A DNA stretch of 64,000 nucleotides, taken from UHGV virus genome UHGV-1372088. One strand, 5' to 3'. Both the position numbers and the translations under genes were made by a program. The notes below the pieces were generated by a model. That model saw only the letters and a list, made by a program, of their open reading frames with translations, was not told the DNA's origin and did no database searches. Within the stretch, counting starts at the first letter, position 1. The number at the start of each line of letters is the position of its first letter. Origin of the DNA: a virus. Below are positions 48,853-56,968 of this stretch, one piece after another.

Positions 48853-50180
48853 TGGAAAAGCTGATCGCATTACGTGACAAACTGGACGCCATTAAAGCGA
48901 TGGGGACCAATGCCAAAAAAGTCGCCCTGGCTGAGCTGAACGAGTTTGAGCAAAGCATGGTGTCAATGATGCTCAACCCGTTCATCCGATTCGGGGTGAA
49001 GAAATACAGCGTCGCGGAGCCAGCGCTGGAGAATAAAATCCCTGATGAAGACGCTATCGATATTCTCAACTCCCTGGCCAGCCGTAAGCTCACTGGTAAC
49101 AGCGCTATTGCGATGGTGGAGCAAGCTATTTCAGACATGACAGAGGAAGGGCAAGACGTGTTCCGCCGCTTCCTGATTAAAGATCCGAAGGCCGGCATCG
49201 GCATTAGCCTGTGCAATAAAATCTTCGACAACCCGATTCCGGTGTTCGAGGTTCAGCTGGCCACGTCGTACAAAGAAAAAGGCGACAAGTATCCGTTTAA
49301 GGAAAACCCGAAAGCCAAATTCCCGATGATTGCCAGCCTCAAGCTGGACGGGATGCGCGTCATTGCCGAAGTCATCGTTGACGAGGAAGAGGTTAACTTC
49401 CTGTCCCGCACCGGCAACCCGGTAACGTCTCTCGACCATCTGAAGCCAGCAGTATTAGATTTGGCGCGTATGACGCCGCATAAGCACATCTTCTTTGATG
49501 GTGAAGCGACGGCCGGTTCGTTCAACGATTCCATCTCAGCGCTGCGTAAAAAAGGCGTATCAGCTATTGGAGCGGTGTTCCACGTCTTCGATTACTTCTT
49601 GCCTGAATGGAAAGCCATTGCCAAAACGAAGGAGTACAAAAAGACCGGCCGCGTCCTGAAAGATCGCCATATCGATTTGTGCAGCTGGACTAACTGGAAA
49701 CGTCGACCGGACAACCAATACAAAGGCGACGTGCGACTACATCCCTTCCAGCTGGTGCATAGCCATAAAGAGTTTATCGATCTGTTTATGGCGGCGCTGG
49801 ACGCCAACGAAGAGGGGTACATGGCGAAAGACCCGTTCTCCGTTTATGAATTTAAGCGCACCAAAAGCTGGTGGAAGATGAAGGATGAGATTGAGGCCGA
49901 TGGTGAAATTGTCGGGTTCAAGCCAGGTAAAGAGGATTCGGCATTCGCCCACACTCTCGGCTCGGTAACTATTCGCCTGGAGAACGGCGTGGAAGTTGAA
50001 GCATCCGGCATCAAGCATATGTACCTGGATGAGATCTGGAACAATCAGGAAAAGTATATGGGGCGTATCGTGAAGGTTAATGCCCACGAAGAGACGCCAG
50101 ACGGCAGTTTACGCCATCCGCGCCTTAAATGGCCATCCTGTCTGCGCGACACCGAAGATCGTATTGGTGACAAAGAATGA
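48852..50180 (+). CDS. ATP-dependent DNA ligase
   Basis: Adenylation motif I KLDGMR (KxDGxR). Start at ATG 48852 (ORF-track start 48786 is an upstream extension). Confidence 0.7.
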   Translation: MEKLIALRDKLDAIKAMGTNAKKVALAELNEFEQSMVSMMLNPFIRFGVKKYSVAEPALENKIPDEDAIDILNSLASRKLTGNSAIAMVEQAISDMTEEGQDVFRRFLIKDPKAGIGISLCNKIFDNPIPVFEVQLATSYKEKGDKYPFKENPKAKFPMIASLKLDGMRVIAEVIVDEEEVNFLSRTGNPVTSLDHLKPAVLDLARMTPHKHIFFDGEATAGSFNDSISALRKKGVSAIGAVFHVFDYFLPEWKAIAKTKEYKKTGRVLKDRHIDLCSWTNWKRRPDNQYKGDVRLHPFQLVHSHKEFIDLFMAALDANEEGYMAKDPFSVYEFKRTKSWWKMKDEIEADGEIVGFKPGKEDSAFAHTLGSVTIRLENGVEVEASGIKHMYLDEIWNNQEKYMGRIVKVNAHEETPDGSLRHPRLKWPSCLRDTEDRIGDKE

Positions 50181-50355
50181 TGGACGGTTTGGCTGGAGTT
50201 GGCTTGTTGGCCTTTCTTCTGGGTTTCTTTCTGGGCAGCATGATGCTCATATCGATAAAGAAAGACAACGTTGAGGCCGGGTTCATGGGGTTCAGGGGCC
50301 GGATTTATCGGATCGTGGATGTGACACATGTTGTAAAAGCCCAGAGCGGGGAGTA

Positions 50356-50568
50356 GTGATTCAGCTAACGAAGCGGGAGCTGGCCACACTGTTCGAAATT
50401 GATAAGTGTGGTTACTTCCTGGAAAACTGGCGACCAAAGACAAGGGCGCGTTTAGAGCGCGTCCGTTTGGTTGATATGAAGGAGTCGAACGGAGAGATAC
50501 GCTACAAGCTGTCCGACGTCGGCAGAGAACTGATTTTGGCTTTAATGGAATCAAAAGGGAGTGTTTGA
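50356..50568 (+). CDS. small hypothetical protein
   Basis: 70-aa ORF. Confidence 0.25.
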   Translation: MIQLTKRELATLFEIDKCGYFLENWRPKTRARLERVRLVDMKESNGEIRYKLSDVGRELILALMESKGSV

Positions 50569-50806
50569 AATGATGGATATTGTTTTGTATGCGGCGGTAG
50601 TCGTCAGCTTGTTTTACACGTCGGCCAGTCTCGTTGGGTGGCTGTTCAATCTGTTCTCTGCAAAGTGCCTGGCAGATAAGAAAACCGTTCAGAATGGTGC
50701 ATCCAAGCTTATTAGCCTGGTGATTCTGCGCTGGGGCGAGCTCAGGAAAGAGACCGCTTATGAGATCGTCACAGGCGGCTATGTCGTGACAATCAAAAAA
50801 AAATAG
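50561..50806 (+). CDS. small hypothetical membrane protein
   Basis: 81 aa with an N-terminal hydrophobic helix. Confidence 0.25.
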   Translation: MFEMMDIVLYAAVVVSLFYTSASLVGWLFNLFSAKCLADKKTVQNGASKLISLVILRWGELRKETAYEIVTGGYVVTIKKK

Positions 50807-51238
50807 CGGTTTAGATATATAAGTGTTTACATACATGCTCGTAATGTATAAGATTGTTTTGTTTTCGGAGTGATGCGATTTTTGCGGAGTTTTAGAAACT
50901 GACCACAAAGATAAATGCAAACGATGATGTAGTTCTGATGGCGGCTTAATAGCCTATAAGTCAGTGAGGTCTTCCGATTCCTCATTAACAAATTCGGCGC
51001 ACTGATCCGGTGTGATTAATAATGGATAGCGGAGACTTGCTGGTGAATAGGCGATACTGACCCACGTACCCTTAACCACGCGATAGAGTCAGACGGCGAG
51101 TCTCTGCGAACATGGGTGATGGCCTTTTAGTTTGTCGATTAGCTGTGCATAGCGTCGGCGAGCGAAGTCTGGTGACTTAAAGGTTTATTCCGATGCCTGA
51201 TGTGTGAAATGCAAATAGCATATTTGAGGCTGAGGATT

Positions 51239-51267
51239 GCGGGTTCGATTCCCGCGTCACTCTCCCA
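51239..51267 (+). other. tRNA-like T-arm plus acceptor 3-prime fragment (gcgggttcgattcccgc gtcactc t ccca)
   Basis: Canonical T-stem/loop (GTTCGATTC). No convincing full cloverleaf upstream. Confidence 0.4.
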
Positions 51268-51797
51268 CGTTTCAGCTGTTTGGGTGGTTAGGAGCATTTC
51301 CAATAACCATATCCCGGTTTCAGCCCGCAACTGACCGCCCAAACAGCTGCGTCGTGTGTGATTACTTAATGTCTCATTTCATCTTGGGTTAATTTGAAAT
51401 TGCGACGTAGCGCCTTTCTCAAAACATGAAGAGGGTTTTGAGAAAGTGCGTGCTTACGATCGGGCTTTCTTTTGCCATTGACAGTCTTCTTCAACGACTT
51501 GATATGTTGATCATAAGCCCAGCCGGGGGTGGCGTGATAACACCGGCTGATTGAGATGTTTGTCTAAGGAAGGAGACTTTGGTATTGGTCTCCGATCTCA
51601 CCTCCAGGCCATCGAATATGCCTCCGCTGTTTGGTGACAGGCTCAGTCCGTTCCCTCTTAACGATAAAAGAGGTGCAAGCAAACAAAGCAGTCTGGTTGA
51701 CTGCGGCCGAGGAAGACGTCTTATCCGGCAGAGAGTGGTTAGATTCCGCTTGTTTGCGCCAACCTAAAGGGCTTTTTCGAGAGTCCTTCAGATTGGA

Positions 51798-51871
51798 TAC
51801 CCAATGCGACAAAACGGTAAGTCGAGAGGATGCTGAGTCCGATGATGCAGGTTCGAGTCCTGCTTGGGTGA
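51798..51871 (+). tRNA. tRNA-like gene, possibly degenerate (weak anticodon stem)
   Basis: Acceptor tacccaa/ttgggtg, D-stem cgac/gtcg, T-arm gcagg ttcgagt cctgc. The anticodon stem forms only 3 bp (loop tgctgag). Confidence 0.3.
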
Positions 51872-52079
51872 CTTATCTAAGATGATGTGATTCCATACAT
51901 CACTTAGTGTCGAGGTCTAAATGGTGCGGCCATCAACCGCGTAAACAGCCATTAGATCCGAGCCACAAGCCTCGTCTGGCACTAACGTAAAGTGCAAGTG
52001 ACGTGAAATTCAGGCTGTACGGCCAGAAGAGTAGCGTCGCGAACCATAGATCAACTTCATAATTTAAAAGAGAATACAC

Positions 52080-52691
52080 ATGTCTGAAGTCAAGAAGGTC
52101 ATTACCGTAGCTGAACGCTCCACCAAAACTCTGGTTAAAATCGTTGCTGATGGCCAGAAGGTGCTTGCTGAACTGGCCTCTATGGCTGATTCAAACGTTA
52201 TTCTGGCCGAAGAGATTGAGTTTAAACAAGGTCAGCTGGCTGATATCGAAAACCAGATCGCCTCTACCGAGCGTGAAGCTAAAGCCCAGCTGCGTCTGCG
52301 TGTAATCGAAAACGAAGACAAAGTTCTGGCCGATCTGATGAAAGCGCGTGGCTATGCCGTCATCACCTTCTCTGATCTGGATTCTCTGAACTCTGAACTG
52401 GTCGCGGCCAAAACCGATAACGAGTACGCAGTATCCGAAGCGCGTGAAGCTGGTTATCAGGCAGCAGCTGCTAAATTTGGCGCAGAGAACCGTGAACTGG
52501 CATCCCAGCACAAAGTTGAACTGGCAGAGTTTAAGGCTCAGGCGGTTGCTAAAAACCAACGCATCTCTGACCTGGAAGCGCAGGTTTCCGAACTGCGTGG
52601 TCAGATCACCGCAGAGCGTGAAACTCGTCTGGAGATCGCTAAAGCTGATGCTGGTCGTGCAGGTGTGGTTGTGAACGCCGGCAAGAACTAA
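52080..52691 (+). CDS. hypothetical coiled-coil protein
   Basis: 203 aa followed by three consecutive hairpins (52700-52716, 52723-52752, 52826-52848). Confidence 0.4.
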   Translation: MSEVKKVITVAERSTKTLVKIVADGQKVLAELASMADSNVILAEEIEFKQGQLADIENQIASTEREAKAQLRLRVIENEDKVLADLMKARGYAVITFSDLDSLNSELVAAKTDNEYAVSEAREAGYQAAAAKFGAENRELASQHKVELAEFKAQAVAKNQRISDLEAQVSELRGQITAERETRLEIAKADAGRAGVVVNAGKN

Positions 52692-52825
52692 TGTCGACTT
52701 GGCCTCTTCGGAGGCCATAGCCGAAAGACTGATTGCGATTGTTCTTTCGGCTGTGACTCGACCCATAGCAACTCCATTGTATCGAGATAGACACGATAGA
52801 AACTTTTGTTCGCGCAAAAACCAAA

Positions 52826-52848
52826 GGAGCCGAAAGGCTCCTTTTTTG
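52826..52848 (+). terminator. rho-independent terminator
   Basis: ggagcc gaaa ggctcc followed by T6. Confidence 0.7.
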
Positions 52849-52862
52849 TATCAGGAGAAAGG

Positions 52863-53684
52863 ATGACCAGCAAAACTATCAACCCACCGCTGAAGTGGCC
52901 AGGCGGGAAGCGAACCGTGATGGGGTTCATCAACCAACACTTCCCAGAGGGCCGGCGACTCATCGAGCCATTCGTCGGTGGCGGTTCCGTTTTCCTGAAT
53001 GCCGGGTTTGACCGCAATCTACTGAATGACGTCAACCCGGATCTGATTAACTTTTACCGCCAGCTGGTGGCCGGTGGCGCCGGTTTCGTTGAAATGGCGA
53101 GAGAGCTGTTTTCCAAAAACAGTGAAGGCGAGTATTACGACATCCGTGAGAAATTTAGAGCGCGAGATTCTGCGCCGGATATTCAAGCAGCCTACTTCCT
53201 GTATCTCAACCGGCACTGTTTCAACGGGCTGGTCCGCTACAACCAGGCTGGTGCGTTTAATGTCGGGTATGGGAAATACAAAGCGCCCCATTTCCCAGAG
53301 GCAGAGATGCTTGCGTTGATCCAGATGGCTGGCTTGCGAGAACTGGCGTTTGTTTGTGGCGACTTCGACAGTGTCATAGAGGAAGCGGGGGATGGTGACG
53401 TTGTATTCTGCGATCCGCCATACGAACCCATGCCAGATAAAAATGGCTTCACAGCGTACTCAGGGGCGACCTTCAGCTTCGCGGACCAAGAGCGTCTGAC
53501 TCGTCTGCTGATCGCGGCCACGGAGCGTGGGGCGCGTGTGATGATAACCAATAGCGGAGCGCCAAAGATTCTGGAGCTGTACCACAACAACGGATTCACG
53601 CAGCGCCGGTTATCCGCTCGTCGCTCCATCTCATGCTCAGATTCCGGGCGTGAGACGGTAAGTGACGTGTTGGCCATTATTTGA
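52863..53684 (+). CDS. DNA adenine methyltransferase (Dam-like)
   Basis: NPPLKWPGGKR N-terminus and DPPY motif (CDPPYEP). Confidence 0.75.
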   Translation: MTSKTINPPLKWPGGKRTVMGFINQHFPEGRRLIEPFVGGGSVFLNAGFDRNLLNDVNPDLINFYRQLVAGGAGFVEMARELFSKNSEGEYYDIREKFRARDSAPDIQAAYFLYLNRHCFNGLVRYNQAGAFNVGYGKYKAPHFPEAEMLALIQMAGLRELAFVCGDFDSVIEEAGDGDVVFCDPPYEPMPDKNGFTAYSGATFSFADQERLTRLLIAATERGARVMITNSGAPKILELYHNNGFTQRRLSARRSISCSDSGRETVSDVLAII

Positions 53685-53763
53685 AACACGAATATATGTA
53701 ATGACATACATATGTGATAGCGGTATATTCCAGATGTCACTCATCAATTAAAGGGATTTTAAA

Positions 53764-54519
53764 ATGGGTTTACCACGTAAGAAGGCTCGCAAAGCAGGGA
53801 AAGGGGATCACGCATTACGCGGTCGTCGCGCTGATTACATCATTGTCGATGATCTGGCAGACGTCCAGACCCCGCGCTCCAAGCGGGACAATACACCCAT
53901 TGAAGCACGTAATGAGGCTCAGGGTCATTACCTGGCCAACATTCAAGCCAAGTCGCTAATCATCGCCACCGGCGAAGCCGGCTGCGGCAAAACGTTCCTG
54001 GCCACCGCGTATGCTGCGGACCGTCTGCTTGCGAAAGACGTCCAGCGCATTATTGTTACCCGCCCCGTACTGCAAGCTGAAGAAGATTTGGGCTTTCTTC
54101 CGGGTGATGTGGGTGAGAAGTTTGCCCCCTACTTCCGACCCGTCTATGACGTTCTCCAGAAGCGTCTGGGCGCGTCCTTCCTCGAATACTGTCTCAAGCC
54201 AGAAGTCGCCAAAGTAGAGATCGCCCCGTTCGCTTATATGCGTGGCCGGACGTTTGAGGACGCTGTGGTCATTCTGGATGAAGCGCAAAACGTTACACCG
54301 TCACAGATGAAAATGTTCCTGACCCGCATGGGCGAGAATGTCACCGTCATTGTGAACGGCGATGTGACACAGTGCGACCTTCCGTTGGAGATTGAGTCCG
54401 GTCTGGACGATGCTCTTCGCCGCTTCAAACCCAGCCGTGATGTGGGGATGGTCGAGTTCTCGTTAGAAGATTGCGTCCGCTCTGACCTCTGTAAAGTTGC
54501 ACTAGATGCCTACCAGTAA
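53764..54519 (+). CDS. PhoH-like ATPase
   Basis: GEAGCGKTFLATAYAADRL Walker A and a PhoH-like core. Confidence 0.6.
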   Translation: MGLPRKKARKAGKGDHALRGRRADYIIVDDLADVQTPRSKRDNTPIEARNEAQGHYLANIQAKSLIIATGEAGCGKTFLATAYAADRLLAKDVQRIIVTRPVLQAEEDLGFLPGDVGEKFAPYFRPVYDVLQKRLGASFLEYCLKPEVAKVEIAPFAYMRGRTFEDAVVILDEAQNVTPSQMKMFLTRMGENVTVIVNGDVTQCDLPLEIESGLDDALRRFKPSRDVGMVEFSLEDCVRSDLCKVALDAYQ

Positions 54520-55075
54520 GGAAACACAAATGTCCAGAGTGGTATTGCCGAAATATCAAAGCATTAAAGTTGTGGAGGCGGCCAAGATTGCGAGAATCCA
54601 CGGTCAGGTAATGCTGTTATCCTTCTGCAATCATGTAACACGCTCTGAATTGGGCCACGTTACCAAAGTTGAAGTAGAACAGAATTACATCGACAAACAT
54701 CAGCCGCAAGTTGGCGGATATTACGTTCGTTACGAAGATGGATATGAGTCCTACTCACCACAAGACCCATTTGAATCAGGTTATTTGCCGCTCGAAACCG
54801 CTATCCATGCCGCCAAAGTCGGTGCATCTTTTGGTATTGCGATCGAGATGCTGAAAGACGGCCATCGCGTCGCTCGCAAAGGCTGGAACGGCAAAGGTAT
54901 GTTCTTGCGCATGGTGTCAGGCAAACAGTACGACGTCGCTTGCGGCATTGCTCGTGATCTGGAGCTGGCGCCCTGGATTGGGATGAAAACAGCGGACGAT
55001 AAGTTTGTTCCCTGGCTGGCCAGCCAGAGCGATATGCTGGCTGAGGATTGGGTGATTGTGGAGGTCGCTAAATGA
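54506..55075 (+). CDS. hypothetical protein (KGWNGKG...SQSDMLAEDW motif)
   Basis: 189-aa ORF. The conserved-looking C-terminal motif was not assigned to a family. Confidence 0.3.
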   Translation: MPTSKETQMSRVVLPKYQSIKVVEAAKIARIHGQVMLLSFCNHVTRSELGHVTKVEVEQNYIDKHQPQVGGYYVRYEDGYESYSPQDPFESGYLPLETAIHAAKVGASFGIAIEMLKDGHRVARKGWNGKGMFLRMVSGKQYDVACGIARDLELAPWIGMKTADDKFVPWLASQSDMLAEDWVIVEVAK

Positions 55076-55317
55076 AAGACCAGCACACCAAAATCAAAGG
55101 CTATCGTGATCTGTCGGCTGAGGAAATCGCGCTGATGAACGAAGGCAAAGAGCTGGCCCAGAAAGTCGGCGAGTTCGTTGAGAAGCTGGAGCGTGCTGAG
55201 TTTGCCAAAACTGGCGATGAAGTACCGGACAAACGCTGGCTTGCCATCGGTAAAACCGACCTGCAAAAAGGCTTTATGTCTGTGATCCGCAGCATCGCAA
55301 AACCAACAACTTTCTGA
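55072..55317 (+). CDS. small hypothetical protein
   Basis: 81-aa ORF. Confidence 0.25.
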   Translation: MKDQHTKIKGYRDLSAEEIALMNEGKELAQKVGEFVEKLERAEFAKTGDEVPDKRWLAIGKTDLQKGFMSVIRSIAKPTTF

Positions 55318-55324
55318 GGCTGAG

Positions 55325-55543
55325 ATGACTCCAGAACAATTTGCATATTGGTTACAAGGGTTCGTCGAGCTCAATGGCCAGCAACCGACTGACGCGCAGT
55401 GGGACAGCATTAAAGAGCACCTGCAAACCGTGTTTAAAAAGGTGACGTCGTCCGTGCCGCCTACAGGTCCAGTCCCTCGTGGTGGCCTGGAGCAGCTTCG
55501 TGGCTCGGCACTTGATCAAACTCTCTTATCATTATCTTGCTAG
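55325..55543 (+). CDS. small hypothetical protein
   Basis: 72-aa ORF. Confidence 0.25.
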   Translation: MTPEQFAYWLQGFVELNGQQPTDAQWDSIKEHLQTVFKKVTSSVPPTGPVPRGGLEQLRGSALDQTLLSLSC

Positions 55544-55551
55544 GAAAACGC

Positions 55552-55800
55552 ATGAAAATTACCATCTACGGTAAAGAAGACTGTTCATACTGCAAACGTG
55601 CGGTTGAGCTCTCCAAACAGCTTATCGAACGTGGTTGCGCGGATTCGTACACCTACTTCAACATCGTCGAAGAGGGGTTCGACGCGGCGACACTCAGTAT
55701 TATTTTGGGCCGACCGGTCCGAACCGTTCCGCAGATCCTTGTCGATGGGGTCGCCATCGGCGGGTATACGGAACTGGCCACACTCGCTACAACGCTTTAA
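55552..55800 (+). CDS. glutaredoxin/NrdH-like redoxin
   Basis: KITIYGKEDCSYCKRA has the CxxC active site in a glutaredoxin-like context. Confidence 0.6.
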   Translation: MKITIYGKEDCSYCKRAVELSKQLIERGCADSYTYFNIVEEGFDAATLSIILGRPVRTVPQILVDGVAIGGYTELATLATTL

Positions 55801-55807
55801 GTCACAA

Positions 55808-55835
55808 AGGCCCGGTCTAACCGGGCCTTCTTCTC
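55808..55835 (+). terminator. hairpin aggcccgg tcta accgggcct followed by a T-rich tract
   Basis: Stem-loop after the redoxin gene. Confidence 0.5.
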
Positions 55836-55918
55836 CCCGCACCGCCTTCCTCAATTTGTAGACACGAACGCAAAAAGAGATTAAATTAGCTCTAAATTTA
55901 GAGTTAATCGGAGGTTTT

Positions 55919-56170
55919 ATGTTCACTGAAACGGTACTGGCCAAACGCACATCGTCTATTAGCGAGTTCAAGAAGAACCCGTCCGCCGCAATGAGTGAGT
56001 CGCATGGCGAGCCTGTCGCTGTCCTGAGCCACAACAAGCCGGCCTTTTACTGCGTCCCACCTGCTCTGTTTGCCCTCATGATGGACCAGATTGGCGACCA
56101 GCTCCTTCTGGATAAGGCTATGTCTCGACTGGATGATGATGAGGTGGAAGTCACCCTGGATCAGCTTTAA
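55919..56170 (+). CDS. Phd/YefM-family antitoxin
   Basis: 83 aa. The N-terminal pattern (TETVLAKRTSSISEFKKNPSA...GEPVAVLSHNKPAFYCV) is typical of Phd/YefM. Confidence 0.6.
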   Translation: MFTETVLAKRTSSISEFKKNPSAAMSESHGEPVAVLSHNKPAFYCVPPALFALMMDQIGDQLLLDKAMSRLDDDEVEVTLDQL

Positions 56171-56493
56171 TGGGCGACAATTTTACAACAAAGCTGACGT
56201 TCAAAAGGCTTGCTCTGGCCGAGTGGGAGTCGCTATCCACACCCATAAGGGATAAGTTCAAGAAGGTTTTGGCTAAGCGTCTGGAGTCACTGGATTCGCT
56301 GACGATGCCGAAAAATAGGCTCTCTCTTCAGCATAATTGCTACAAGATTAAGCTGAAGAACGACGGCTATCGTTTGGCCTATACGGTAAAAAATGACGAG
56401 TCCGGCACCGTCACCGTCGTAGTAACTGTCGTTGCGGTGGACCGCCGTGATGAAATTTACAATGAGTTGAAAAAGAGACTTAATGACGAATAG
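56170..56493 (+). CDS. RelE/ParE-family toxin
   Basis: 107 aa. YKIKLKNDGYRLAYTV...VVTVVAVDRRDEIY fits the RelE/ParE fold pattern. Translationally coupled to the antitoxin (TAATG). Confidence 0.55.
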   Translation: MGDNFTTKLTFKRLALAEWESLSTPIRDKFKKVLAKRLESLDSLTMPKNRLSLQHNCYKIKLKNDGYRLAYTVKNDESGTVTVVVTVVAVDRRDEIYNELKKRLNDE

Positions 56494-56842
56494 AGAACGG
56501 GAAAATAAACCCGCTCTGGGCATAAGGCAGAACATGACCACCGAAGAAATGCGCGACTTCCTTTTGCAAAACAACTTTATGCGCGTCAGACAGCTGGAGG
56601 ATGGAAGTTGGATCGGCACGATGAAGTTGATGTTCACCACGTCAGTTTGCATGGACATCGATGAGCTTTCCCCCTTCCGCTATCGCTGGTGCTTCGCGGA
56701 CCCGGAGGAAGCGAATCACTTCTTTGATACGGCAGTCGACTTTGACGAAGTTCCGACTCGTCGAACGTCACTGAAAGGACACCGGTATCGGGGAGAGCCT
56801 TTGCTGCGCGAAAAAGACGAATTTGGATTTGATAAATGGTAG
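56483..56842 (+). CDS. hypothetical protein
   Basis: 119-aa ORF. Confidence 0.3.
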   Translation: MTNRERENKPALGIRQNMTTEEMRDFLLQNNFMRVRQLEDGSWIGTMKLMFTTSVCMDIDELSPFRYRWCFADPEEANHFFDTAVDFDEVPTRRTSLKGHRYRGEPLLREKDEFGFDKW

Positions 56843-56878
56843 GCGCAAGCCTGCCAGAATCCACCATAACCCACCTTC

Positions 56879-56909
56879 TTGATTCCATACTTATATAGTA
56901 TGGAATCAA
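56879..56909. other. perfect 31-bp palindrome ttgattccatac ttatata gtatggaatcaa (12-7-12), candidate recombinase core site
   Basis: 12-bp inverted arms flanking a 7-bp AT spacer, 60 bp upstream of the tyrosine recombinase gene. Confidence 0.6.
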
Positions 56910-56968
56910 AGGTAAAATGAAGCTATATTTGGCATCATCCTGCCACCCATTTCCTATCAGGGAGCGTT

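Noticed and set aside
51171-51267. Full-length (97-nt) tRNA reading of the first tRNA-like element
   Set aside because: Only the T-arm and acceptor 3-prime strand are convincing. The putative 5-prime acceptor has a first-pair mismatch. No D-arm or anticodon arm could be folded by hand. Kept only as a fragment.
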